A DNA stretch of 64,000 bases, from the NCBI GenBank assembly GCA_913050005.1, contig CAJXBI010000001.1, positions 90,748-154,747 on the forward strand. Direction: 5' to 3'. Each line of letters begins with the position of its first letter. Within the stretch, counting starts at the first letter, position 1. A program made the position numbers and the translations under genes. Below are positions 27,709 to 36,812 of this stretch, piece by piece. This stretch comes from an uncultured Bacteroidota bacterium (lineage in GTDB: Bacteria > Bacteroidota > Bacteroidia > NS11-12g > UBA9320). Below the pieces are notes generated by a model, which had not been told where the DNA came from, ran no database searches, and was given only the letters and a program-made list of their open reading frames with translations.

Positions 27709-29517
27709 TTAAGCAAATGCAGCATTTTTTGCACGTTTTCGTTCATGTTCCTTAAGGTGTATTTTTCTGAGACGAGTGTTTTCAGGTGTCACTTCAACGT
27801 ATTCATCTACTTGAATGTATTCTAGGGCTTCTTCCAATGTAAAAATTTGAGGTGGAATCAATTTGATTTTTTCGTCAGCTCCACTTGATCTAACATTACT
27901 TTGCTTTTTTGCTTTTGTTAAATTTACAACAACATCACCTGGTCTACTATGTTCACCAACTACTTGACCTTCATAAATTTCTTGGTTTGGAGTCACAAAA
28001 AATTTACCACGATCTTGGAGATTATTGAGTGAATATGGTATTGCACTTCCGTTTTCCATACTAATGAGAGAGCCGTTTATACGTTGAGGTATATCACCTT
28101 TATATTCTTGAAATTCTTTGAATCTGTGGGATATAACTGCTTCGCCTTGAGTTGTTGTAAGCAATGTGTTACGAAGCCCAATTATTCCCCGAGAGGGTAT
28201 TTCAAATTCAAGATGCATAACATCACCTTTAGGTTCCATTGTTAACATATTGCCTTTACGAAGTGATACAAATTCAATTACTTTACCACTGTGATGATCT
28301 GGAACATCAATCGTAAGTTCCTCAATAGGTTCGTATTTAATACCGTCTTTCTCCTTAATAATAACACGAGGTTGACCAATCTGAACTTCATATCCTTCTC
28401 TTCTCATGGTTTCAATCAAAACAGCCAAATGCAAAACACCTCTTCCAAAGACTAAAAATGAATCAGCATTCGAGGTTTTTTCTAGTTTCATAGCTAAATT
28501 TCGTTCGAGTTCTTGTTCTAAACGATCTTTAATATGTCTACTTGTCACGTATTTACCCTCTTTTCCAAAAAATGGAGAATCATTTATTGTAAAAAGCATA
28601 CTGATCGTTGGTTCGTCTATAGTAATAGTAGGAAGAGCTTCTGGTTCATCAATATCAGAGATGGTATCACCAATTTCAAATCCCTCTAAACCAGATATGG
28701 CACAAATATCGCCAGCATTCACAGAATCTACTTTTACTTTGGCAAGACCGTCATATAAAAAAAGTTCTTTAACTTTACCTTTTGCAACGGTCCCAACTCT
28801 TTTGACAAGTGAAACTTGTTGATTTACTTGAAGTTGTCCTCGTTTTAGCTTTCCAATTGCAATCCTTCCAGTATACTTACTATAGTCTAAAGATGTAATC
28901 ATCATTTGGGTATTTCCTTCCTCTATTTTTGGTGAAGGTACATGCTCCAAAATAGCATCTAATGCAGCAAACATATTATCTGTTGGTTTTAGCCAGTCGT
29001 TACTCATCCATCCATTTTTAGCACTACCGTAAACAGTTACAAAATCAAGTTGCTCTTCCGTCGCATCTAGTGCAAACATCAAATCAAATACTTTTTCATG
29101 AACTTCATCAGGAGTACAATTTTCTTTATCCACCTTATTAACTACAACTAAAGGTTTGAGTCCTGCCTCTAAGGCTTTCTGCAGTACGAATCTAGTTTGA
29201 GGCATAGGGCCTTCAAATGCATCTACTAATAATAATACGCCATCAGCCATATTCATTACACGTTCTACCTCGCCACCAAAATCACTATGACCAGGAGTAT
29301 CGATGATATTTATTTTAGTGTTTTTATATATTACGGAAACATTCTTTGATAAAATAGTAATTCCACGTTCTTTTTCTAAGTCGTTATTATCCATTACAAG
29401 TTCACCTGGTTTTTCATGATCTTTAAAAAATTTACAAGATTCAAGAATCTTGTCAACTAATGTTGTTTTACCGTGATCAACGTGAGCTATAATGGCTACG
29501 TTTCTAATATTTTGCAT
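27709..29517 (-). CDS. typA: Translational GTPase TypA/BipA
   Basis: AHVDHGKTTLVD and DTPGH motifs, with EF-G-like domain order. 602 aa. Confidence 0.9.
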   Translation of the reverse strand: MQNIRNVAIIAHVDHGKTTLVDKILESCKFFKDHEKPGELVMDNNDLEKERGITILSKNVSVIYKNTKINIIDTPGHSDFGGEVERVMNMADGVLLLVDAFEGPMPQTRFVLQKALEAGLKPLVVVNKVDKENCTPDEVHEKVFDLMFALDATEEQLDFVTVYGSAKNGWMSNDWLKPTDNMFAALDAILEHVPSPKIEEGNTQMMITSLDYSKYTGRIAIGKLKRGQLQVNQQVSLVKRVGTVAKGKVKELFLYDGLAKVKVDSVNAGDICAISGLEGFEIGDTISDIDEPEALPTITIDEPTISMLFTINDSPFFGKEGKYVTSRHIKDRLEQELERNLAMKLEKTSNADSFLVFGRGVLHLAVLIETMRREGYEVQIGQPRVIIKEKDGIKYEPIEELTIDVPDHHSGKVIEFVSLRKGNMLTMEPKGDVMHLEFEIPSRGIIGLRNTLLTTTQGEAVISHRFKEFQEYKGDIPQRINGSLISMENGSAIPYSLNNLQDRGKFFVTPNQEIYEGQVVGEHSRPGDVVVNLTKAKKQSNVRSSGADEKIKLIPPQIFTLEEALEYIQVDEYVEVTPENTRLRKIHLKEHERKRAKNAAFA

Positions 29518-29802
29518 AATCTTTTAAAATTTGGTGCGAAGGTAACCCTTATTGTGATAGCTTACATCCATTAAATAGATAGGAGATCGATATTGTCCTC
29601 TAAAATGGCATAAAGGAAGATTAAAAAATAAACAAAATATGGTAATAATCATATCTAATCTTAATCTGTATTATAAATGGTTAATCAAAATTGTGATCTG
29701 TTCGCGATAAAAAAAAGCAAAAAATAAAAAAAGAATCAGCTATGGAAACTTACTTTAAAGAAATAAATTTAAAATCAGTATGAATATACAAAACCCTTAA
29801 AT

Positions 29803-31239
29803 TTAGTAAGTATTTATTTTAATTCGTTTGGTAAGTTCATCCACATCAGATTTGAACTTTTTGTCTGTATCAATCAAATCATTAACAGTTTGACAAGCAT
29901 GAATAACAGTAGAATGATCTCTGCCTCCAAAATACATTCCTATATTTTTTAGTGAAGCTTGAGTTAGTTGTTTTGCAAAAAACATGGAAATTTGTCTTGC
30001 TTGAACAATCTCTCGCTTTCTGGTTTTTGATTTCATCAAATCTACGCTTACACTGAAATAGTCAGAAACTAATTTTTGGATAAATTCAATTGAAATCTCA
30101 CGAGATGAATTTTTAACAAAGTTTTTCATCATCTTCTTAGTCATATCTAAATCTATTTCTTTTCTATTGAGAGAAGCTTGAGCTATGAGAGATATAAGTG
30201 CACCTTCGAGTTCTCTTATATTATTGTCAACTTTGTTGGCAACGTATTCGATAACTTCTTGAGCAAACTTTATTCCATCTTGATACATTTTCTGCTCTAA
30301 AATAGAGATACGAGTATCAAAATCAGGATTTTGAAGATCAGCAGATAATCCCCATTTGAAGCGAGATAAAAGTCGTTCATCAACATCTTTTAAATCTTTA
30401 GGTGCTCTGTCAGAGGTAAGTATTAATTGTTTGCCGTTTTGATGCAAACAATTGAAAATTTGAAAAAATATTTCTTGTGTTTTTTCTTTTTTAGCGAAGA
30501 ACTGAACATCATCGACAATCAACACATCAATCATTTGATAGAAATGAAGAAAATCGTTGTAATTACCGTTTTTTGCACTGTCCACGTATTGATTTATGAA
30601 TCGTTCTGAGGATACGTATAGCACAGACTTATTGCTTGAAATTTCTTTAATCCGGTTTCCTATTGCGTGTGCTAAGTGTGTTTTTCCTAGACCAACACCA
30701 CCAAAAATCATTAAAGGATTGAAGGCAGTACCTCCTGGTTTATTTGCTACAGCATAACCAGCTGATCGTGCTAATCGATTACATTCTCCCTCAATAAAAT
30801 TATCAAATGTATAAGAAGCATTGAGTTGTGAATCAACGTTAAGTTTCTTTAACCCAGGTATTATAAATGGATTATGAATGTTATTAGACAGGTTTATAGG
30901 CATTCCCATCTCGTTCTTGTTATTGTGAGTAACGTTACGAGTGGGCATGTTTACCGTATATGGCCTGCTGCTTCCGGCACCTGAACTATCAACAATAACA
31001 TTGTATTCAAGTTTCGAACCTGGACCTAATTCCTTTTCTAAAGTTTTTTTAAGAAGAGCGACATAATGTTCTTCCAGCCATTCATAAAAGAATTGACTGG
31101 GTACTTGAATTGTTAAAACTTTTTCTTCAAGTTTTATAGGTTTTATAGGTACAAACCAAGTTTTAAAACTTTGTGGATTTACGTTATCTTTGATTGTTTG
31201 GATACAATTTTTCCACACAGTTTCATATTTTTCGCTCAT
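29803..31239 (-). CDS. dnaA: Chromosomal replication initiator DnaA
   Basis: Walker A GGVGLGKTHL and C-terminal DNA-binding helix region (GGRDHSTVIHA). 478 aa. Confidence 0.95.
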   Translation of the reverse strand: MSEKYETVWKNCIQTIKDNVNPQSFKTWFVPIKPIKLEEKVLTIQVPSQFFYEWLEEHYVALLKKTLEKELGPGSKLEYNVIVDSSGAGSSRPYTVNMPTRNVTHNNKNEMGMPINLSNNIHNPFIIPGLKKLNVDSQLNASYTFDNFIEGECNRLARSAGYAVANKPGGTAFNPLMIFGGVGLGKTHLAHAIGNRIKEISSNKSVLYVSSERFINQYVDSAKNGNYNDFLHFYQMIDVLIVDDVQFFAKKEKTQEIFFQIFNCLHQNGKQLILTSDRAPKDLKDVDERLLSRFKWGLSADLQNPDFDTRISILEQKMYQDGIKFAQEVIEYVANKVDNNIRELEGALISLIAQASLNRKEIDLDMTKKMMKNFVKNSSREISIEFIQKLVSDYFSVSVDLMKSKTRKREIVQARQISMFFAKQLTQASLKNIGMYFGGRDHSTVIHACQTVNDLIDTDKKFKSDVDELTKRIKINTY

Positions 31240-31358
31240 TTAATTCTCTAGTTTTTTAGCATTAATGGTTTAGATGAGTTGACTAAATCTTTAGTCTACT
31301 AATACTCTCGCAAGTTGAGGTAAAAAAAGTTTTTAAAAAAATATTTTTAGTATTGATT

Positions 31359-32261
31359 TTATGAAATTTTTTCATATAAATAGTTATTTAAATATGCCAT
31401 ATCATTGTTATTATGCTCATAATCAATGCGTCCCAAATTTAGACCAGCCCATCCGGTTTGGTTAATAAATACATTTTGGTTTATTTGATTACCGATTTTG
31501 TGTGGAGCTTTTAAAAATGTATGTGTGTGTCCACCTAAAATTAAATCAATATTTTCAGAATTTTTAGCAAGAATTATATCACTTACTTTATCAGATTTGT
31601 AGCTATAACCTAAATGTGATAGACATATAACTAAATGACAACCTACTGATTTGAGTTTTTTTGCTATTTGATTTGCTCTGTTTATTGGGTTATGATAAAC
31701 AATATTTCCATAATTTTCTGTTGGAACTAATCCATTTAATTCTATTCCTATTCCAAAAATCCCCACTTTAAACTTCCCTTTTTTAATAATGGAGTATGGG
31801 TCTATATGACCATCAAGCAAAGTATATTTGAAATCATAATTAGCACATAAAAATTTAAATGAAGCATGTGGTATTTGTTTATGAAGACCCTCAATGCCAA
31901 GATCAAAGTCATGATTGCCAAGGGTGGCGAAATCATAATTCATTTCACTCATTAATTTAAACTCCAATTCACCACCATATTGATTGAAGTATGGTGTTCC
32001 TTGGAAAATATCACCACTATCTAATAATAATACATTTTTATACTTAGATCTGATTTCCTTTATAATAGATGCTCTTCTTGACGCACCGCCCATTCCAGGA
32101 TATTTTTTATGATTAAGTGAAAAGGGGTGAATATGACTGTGCCAATCATTGGTGTGTAATATTACCAGACGCTCATTATTCGATCCCCAAGTGGTGATGG
32201 GAGAAAAAGATAGCCCAGCAGTTAATAATCCCGCTTTTTTTATAAAATCTCTTCTATTCAT
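31359..32261 (-). CDS. Metallophosphoesterase half of a split 5'-nucleotidase (UshA N-domain-like), Tat signal
   Basis: MNRRDFIKKAG twin-arginine signal. HTNDWH and GNHDF metallophosphatase motifs. Confidence 0.75.
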   Translation of the reverse strand: MNRRDFIKKAGLLTAGLSFSPITTWGSNNERLVILHTNDWHSHIHPFSLNHKKYPGMGGASRRASIIKEIRSKYKNVLLLDSGDIFQGTPYFNQYGGELEFKLMSEMNYDFATLGNHDFDLGIEGLHKQIPHASFKFLCANYDFKYTLLDGHIDPYSIIKKGKFKVGIFGIGIELNGLVPTENYGNIVYHNPINRANQIAKKLKSVGCHLVICLSHLGYSYKSDKVSDIILAKNSENIDLILGGHTHTFLKAPHKIGNQINQNVFINQTGWAGLNLGRIDYEHNNNDMAYLNNYLYEKIS

Positions 32262-32947
32262 AATTCACGTTTATCATTGCTTAAAGGTAATGGATTATGT
32301 GTTTTTATATAGTCAATTAACGCATCTCTAATTTTGATTTTGGTATCCCATCTTTGAGTAGCTTTAGATAAGAATCCATAACCATCGCCACCATTAGCCA
32401 TGTAATCATTGATAGCAATAAAATAATATAGCTGATTTTTGGGTATATCTCGAAGCATTCGAAATTTTTCAGACATGGGTTCACCGCCTTTCTCTAAAAT
32501 ATGTTTAAGTAAATCTTGGGCAATTTCATTAGATATTTTGAGGACAGTAATTTGATTTTCGAATGGCATTAGTTCAAAGATTTCACCAAGTGTGATATTA
32601 CCTGAGTCTAATGAGCTTCTGATACCTCCATAATTCAATATGCAAAAATCAACAGTATAGCCTTCTTTTACAGATTTATACAAAATGGCGTCTGCCATCA
32701 TGTTACCTAATATACTAGAAGGTTTTTGTTTTTCGATAAACTTGGGGTTAAAACCAATGATTTCATTCATTACATTATCTAGACCTTTTGCATACGGTTT
32801 AATGATTTCGTCAATTTCAGGATTGTTTTCATAATTTGAAGTAATTGACAAATTAGAAGAAATTTGTGGGTGAATTGATTGTTCAGTTTTACAATTAACA
32901 AATAAAACAACACAAAGAAAAAAAACGCTTTTTGATTGATTGGGCAT
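32258..32947 (-). CDS. 5'-nucleotidase C-terminal (substrate-binding) domain lipoprotein
   Basis: The ATG at 32947 gives a lipobox (LFVNC). 5'-nucleotidase_C-like sequence (NYGGIRS, ANGGDGY). ATGA overlap with the downstream gene. Confidence 0.7.
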   Translation of the reverse strand: MPNQSKSVFFLCVVLFVNCKTEQSIHPQISSNLSITSNYENNPEIDEIIKPYAKGLDNVMNEIIGFNPKFIEKQKPSSILGNMMADAILYKSVKEGYTVDFCILNYGGIRSSLDSGNITLGEIFELMPFENQITVLKISNEIAQDLLKHILEKGGEPMSEKFRMLRDIPKNQLYYFIAINDYMANGGDGYGFLSKATQRWDTKIKIRDALIDYIKTHNPLPLSNDKREL

Positions 32948-32953
32948 CTCATA

Positions 32954-32961
32954 CAAATCTA
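32954..32961 (-). promoter_or_regulatory. -7 promoter box TAGATTTG upstream of 5'-nucleotidase pair
   Basis: Exact TAnnTTTG, 6 nt from the ATG at 32947. It overlaps the alternative TTG at 32956. Confidence 0.45.
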
Positions 32962-33043
32962 CGCATTACGGTTATTTATCTTAACCAATATATTCAAAAA
33001 TCGAAAAAAATAATTCGTTGATAGAAGTTTAACATTAGAAGAA

Positions 33044-33051
33044 TAAGTTTG
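33044..33051 (+). promoter_or_regulatory. -7 promoter box TAAGTTTG upstream of ABC permease
   Basis: Exact TAnnTTTG, 21 nt upstream of the GTG at 33073. Confidence 0.45.
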
Positions 33052-33072
33052 ACTTACTTTGAAGTATAAATC

Positions 33073-34302
33073 GTGAATATTTTTCAAAACATCAAGGAGG
33101 CTTTTGTTTCTATAAGCACTAATATTACAAGAACAGTTATAACTTGTTTGATCATCTCATTCGGTATAATGGCGTTAGTAGGAATTTTAACAGCTATTGA
33201 TGGAATTGAAACTAGTTTAGTTAAAAATTTCAGTTTTATGGGTGCTAATTCGTTTAATATTCAGAATAGGTCTTCTGGCTTCATGTTAGGGAGAAATAAG
33301 AAAAGAGTCTACTATGAATCCATTTCATACAAACAAGCTTGTGAGTTTAAAAGTCGATTCGATCAAAATGCAGTTGTTTCGATTAACTCAAGCAATACTT
33401 GGACAGCAACTGCAAAATATGGCTCGAATAAGACAAATCCTAATACACCAATTTTAGGTATTGACGAGGCTTATTTACGTGTTGCAGGTTATGAATTATT
33501 GAGTGGTCGTAATATTGCAGTGAGTGACGTTGAGAGAGCATTACCAGTAGTGGTTATTGGACAGGAGATTAAAGAAACATTGTTTGGTAATCGAAATTGT
33601 ATTAACCAATTTATTCGTGTTGGAGGCGTTAAATTAAAAGTAGTTGGTTTGTTATCTAAAAAAGGCGGTGCATTCGACTTTGGTGGTGATCGGGTAATTC
33701 TTGTGCCTGTATCTTTATCTAGGGTTAAATTTTCTGTTTCAAATCTCAGTTATAATATTGGTGTTGCCATTGATGATGTGAATGGGATAAAAGAAATGGT
33801 TGATTATTCTACAATTTTATTTAGACAGGTTCGTCGTCAGAAAGTGAAAGAAGAAGAAAACTTTAGCATAATAAAATCAGATAGTATTTCTAAATCTCTA
33901 TTAGAAAACCTTAGCTTAATATTATTAGGTGCAGTTTTTATCGCTCTAATTACTTTATTAGGTGCTGCCATTGCTTTAATGAATATTATGCTTGTTACGG
34001 TTACGGAACGCACAAAAGAAATTGGAATACGAAAGGCTATCGGAGCCAAAAGCTCAATAGTTCTAAATCAGTTTGTTATTGAAGCGATTACTATTTGCCA
34101 AATTGGTGGATTTGGAGGGATAATTCTCGGCTTAGCTATGGGCAATTTAATTAGTAATTATATCGGTGGTACGTTCATTGTTCCATGGCGTTGGATTTTT
34201 TTAGCCATAGGTGTTTGTTCGATGGTAGGTTTGGTTGCCGGAATTTGGCCAGCTCGAAAAGCAGCACGTATTAATCCAATTGAGGCACTTAGGCATGAAT
34301 AA
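33073..34302 (+). CDS. ABC transporter permease, MacB/FtsX-type (no adjacent ATPase)
   Basis: 1+3 TM architecture with a periplasmic core domain. C-terminus is PARKAARINPIEALRHE. Confidence 0.75.
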   Translation: MNIFQNIKEAFVSISTNITRTVITCLIISFGIMALVGILTAIDGIETSLVKNFSFMGANSFNIQNRSSGFMLGRNKKRVYYESISYKQACEFKSRFDQNAVVSINSSNTWTATAKYGSNKTNPNTPILGIDEAYLRVAGYELLSGRNIAVSDVERALPVVVIGQEIKETLFGNRNCINQFIRVGGVKLKVVGLLSKKGGAFDFGGDRVILVPVSLSRVKFSVSNLSYNIGVAIDDVNGIKEMVDYSTILFRQVRRQKVKEEENFSIIKSDSISKSLLENLSLILLGAVFIALITLLGAAIALMNIMLVTVTERTKEIGIRKAIGAKSSIVLNQFVIEAITICQIGGFGGIILGLAMGNLISNYIGGTFIVPWRWIFLAIGVCSMVGLVAGIWPARKAARINPIEALRHE

Positions 34303-34328
34303 AAAAATCCCAACTGGAGTCGGGATTT
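34301..34328 (-). terminator. Rho-independent terminator downstream of rplI
   Basis: Stem AAATCCCAAC/GTCGGGATTT with 1 mismatch. The U-run is on the minus-strand reading. Confidence 0.55.
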
Positions 34329-34357
34329 AAGTATTTATTCGAAAAATAAAGTTTTAA

Positions 34358-34798
34358 TTATTCTTGAACTACGTCTACATCTATCTCAACAGATACTTCT
34401 TTATGAAGGTTAATTTTTGCTTTGTATGCACCAATATTTTTCATTTCTGGAGCAGAAATTTTACGTTTATCAATTTCAAAACCTCGATCTGTCAAACTTT
34501 TAGCAAGTTGTAGTATAGTCACAGAGCCAAAAATTTTACCATTTGATCCTGCTTTGGTTGGAATAGTAATCTTAAGATTTTTCATCTTTCCAGCTATAGC
34601 CTCAGCTTCGGTTTTAATTTTAATCTGCTTGTGAGCAGCTTGCTTTATATTTTCTTCAGCCATTTTTATTGCTGACGGAGTAGCAATAGCTGCTAACCCT
34701 TGGGGTATTAGGTAATTTCTACCGTATCCGTTTTTAACTTCAACGATGTCATTTTTTTCACCAAACCCTTTCACATAATCTTTTAATATTAATTTCAT
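34358..34798 (-). CDS. rplI: 50S ribosomal protein L9
   Basis: MKLILKDYVKGFGEKNDIVEVKNGYGRNYLIPQG. Confidence 0.95.
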   Translation of the reverse strand: MKLILKDYVKGFGEKNDIVEVKNGYGRNYLIPQGLAAIATPSAIKMAEENIKQAAHKQIKIKTEAEAIAGKMKNLKITIPTKAGSNGKIFGSVTILQLAKSLTDRGFEIDKRKISAPEMKNIGAYKAKINLHKEVSVEIDVDVVQE

Positions 34799-34823
34799 AT
34801 AGTTTTGAATTAAGGGGTTTGAA

Positions 34824-35078
34824 TTATTTCATTTCGTCGGCAACGTATGGTAACAACGCAATATGTCTGCATCTTTTCACTGCTACGGCAACTTTTCTTT
34901 GATATTTTAAGGATGTACCTGTTATTCTTCTTGGTAAAAGTTTACCTTGCTCATTGATGAATGCCATAAGGAAATCAGGATTTTTATAATCGATGTACTT
35001 AATACCACTTTTTTTGAAGCGACAATATTTTTTTGGACGTACAACTGGGGTTCTGGTATATCTTTTTCTTTTTGCCAT
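34824..35078 (-). CDS. rpsR: 30S ribosomal protein S18
   Basis: [17 protein letters not shown]...LPRRITG. Confidence 0.95.
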   Translation of the reverse strand: MAKRKRYTRTPVVRPKKYCRFKKSGIKYIDYKNPDFLMAFINEQGKLLPRRITGTSLKYQRKVAVAVKRCRHIALLPYVADEMK

Positions 35079-35079
35079 A

Positions 35080-35532
35080 TTATGATTCCTCCACTTCGTT
35101 AGTTGTTGATTCTACCTTTGCTTTTAGGACAGGTTCTTCTTTAGTTACTTGTTTAACTGCAGCAGTGTCTTCCTTTTTCGGCTTAGGCTTGTTAAATTCT
35201 CCGTTTCTTCTTCTTTCATTATATTTTAATGCATGCTTATCCAGTTTAGTTGTTAGATAACGGAGAACTTGCTCATCTCTTCGGTAAGCAAGTTCAAGTT
35301 TATCTACAATCTCTGCATCTGCATCTGCTGCAAACTCAAAAATCTGATAGAAACCTGTTGTTTTGTTCTGAATGGTATAGGCCATCTTAGTTAGCCCCCA
35401 ATTTTCTTTGTGGATGAGCTCTCCACCATTTTCTGTAATCAACTTTTCGAAAGAATTTGCTGCATCTTGCAACATCTTATCGCTAAGTACGGGTGTCAAT
35501 ATGACTACAGACTCGTAATTTGATTTAGCCAT
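35080..35532 (-). CDS. rpsF: 30S ribosomal protein S6 with long charged C-terminal extension
   Basis: S6 core (YESVVILTP...) plus a K/E-rich tail of about 50 aa. rpsF-rpsR-rplI gene order. Confidence 0.9.
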   Translation of the reverse strand: MAKSNYESVVILTPVLSDKMLQDAANSFEKLITENGGELIHKENWGLTKMAYTIQNKTTGFYQIFEFAADADAEIVDKLELAYRRDEQVLRYLTTKLDKHALKYNERRRNGEFNKPKPKKEDTAAVKQVTKEEPVLKAKVESTTNEVEES

Positions 35533-35560
35533 TTTTATTAATGTATAATTTTTTGGGGTG

Positions 35561-35568
35561 CAAAAGTA
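35561..35568 (-). promoter_or_regulatory. -7 promoter box TACTTTTG upstream of rpsF
   Basis: Exact TAnnTTTG, 28 nt upstream of the ATG. Confidence 0.5.
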
Positions 35569-35720
35569 ATTTTTTTTCTTAAATCGAAGTCAAAATCAGT
35601 TTACTTTTTTGCGTTTAAATGATCCAATGATTTTTGATACTGATTTTGAACAACTTTATCCATTTTTTCAACACTACTTGTTTATCTATTTTGTGGGGGT
35701 GTAATTTGCATAAAATTATA

Positions 35721-36812
35721 ATGGGAAGTTATTTAGTAAGTGCTAGAAAATATCGTCCAGAATCGTTTGATACAGTCGTTGGCCAAAAGCACATTACAGA
35801 AACTTTAGTCAATGAAATTACGAACGACAGATTAGCACAGGCTTTTTTATTTTGTGGTCCTCGTGGAGTTGGTAAAACTACATGTGCTCGGATTCTCGCC
35901 AAAGAGATAAATAAAAATACGGTACCTGAGGGTTATGATTTTTCATATAATATTTTTGAGTTGGACGCTGCATCCCATAATTCTGTAGACGATATTCGGT
36001 CGCTTACAGAGCAGGTACGGATTCCTCCCCAGACTGGAGAATACAAAGTTTATATTATTGATGAGGTTCATATGCTTTCGCAACAGGCTTTTAATGCTTT
36101 TTTGAAAACATTAGAAGAACCACCTAATTATGCCATCTTTATTCTAGCAACTACCGAAAAGCATAAGATTTTACCAACTATACTCTCGCGTTGTCAGGTA
36201 TTTAACTTTAATCGAATACAGGTATCGCAGATTGTAAGTTATCTTCAACAAATAGCCCTAGAGGAAAATATTACAGCTGAAGAAAGTGCTCTGCACCTAA
36301 TTGCACAAAAAGCAGACGGTGCCATGCGAGATGCTTTATCTATTTTTGACCAAATGGTCAGTTTTGGTGAGGACGAAAAAGTAACCTATCAAGCTGTCCT
36401 TAACAGCCTCAATATTTTAGATTATGAATATTATTTTAGAATAATCGATTCCTTTCTTGAAGGAGATATAAGTGGTGTATTAGTGTTGTTTGATGAAGTA
36501 CAAAGCAATGGTTTTGACGGTCAAATTTTTCTTAATGGACTTGCTAATCACCTAAGAGATTTATTAGTTGCTAAAAATGCATCTAGCCAACAACTAATTG
36601 AAAAATCAGAGGAGATATCTGGTAAGTATTTGACGCAATCCAAATCAGTTACTCATTCTTTTGTAGTAAATGCTATTAATATAATTGGTGAAGCAGACAT
36701 GAATTACAAGTCGAGTCATAATCAACGATTACATGTTGAGATTTGTCTAGTTAAGTTGGCATCTCTTCAACATGCTATTGACGTGACTAAAAAAAAAAGT
36801 CTAAACTTATAG
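35721..36812 (+). CDS. dnaX: DNA polymerase III subunit gamma/tau, zero-frame product (gamma-sized, 363 aa)
   Basis: ATG at 35721 (MGSYLVSARKYRPESF). Walker A GPRGVGKTT. DEVHML. The frame ends 4 codons after an A10 tract. Confidence 0.9.
   Translation: MGSYLVSARKYRPESFDTVVGQKHITETLVNEITNDRLAQAFLFCGPRGVGKTTCARILAKEINKNTVPEGYDFSYNIFELDAASHNSVDDIRSLTEQVRIPPQTGEYKVYIIDEVHMLSQQAFNAFLKTLEEPPNYAIFILATTEKHKILPTILSRCQVFNFNRIQVSQIVSYLQQIALEENITAEESALHLIAQKADGAMRDALSIFDQMVSFGEDEKVTYQAVLNSLNILDYEYYFRIIDSFLEGDISGVLVLFDEVQSNGFDGQIFLNGLANHLRDLLVAKNASSQQLIEKSEEISGKYLTQSKSVTHSFVVNAINIIGEADMNYKSSHNQRLHVEICLVKLASLQHAIDVTKKKSLNL
36789..36798 (+). other. A10 homopolymer: candidate -1 ribosomal frameshift / transcriptional slippage site in dnaX
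   Basis: ACT AAA AAA AAA AGT in frame 0 (an A AAA AAA heptamer). The -1 frame is open from 36791 to 37411. Confidence 0.6.

Noticed and set aside
35634-35720. TTG-extended N-terminus of dnaX from the ORF track.
   Set aside because: The extension is hydrophobic junk. The conserved DnaX N-terminus (MGSYLVSARKYRPESF) begins at the ATG at 35721.
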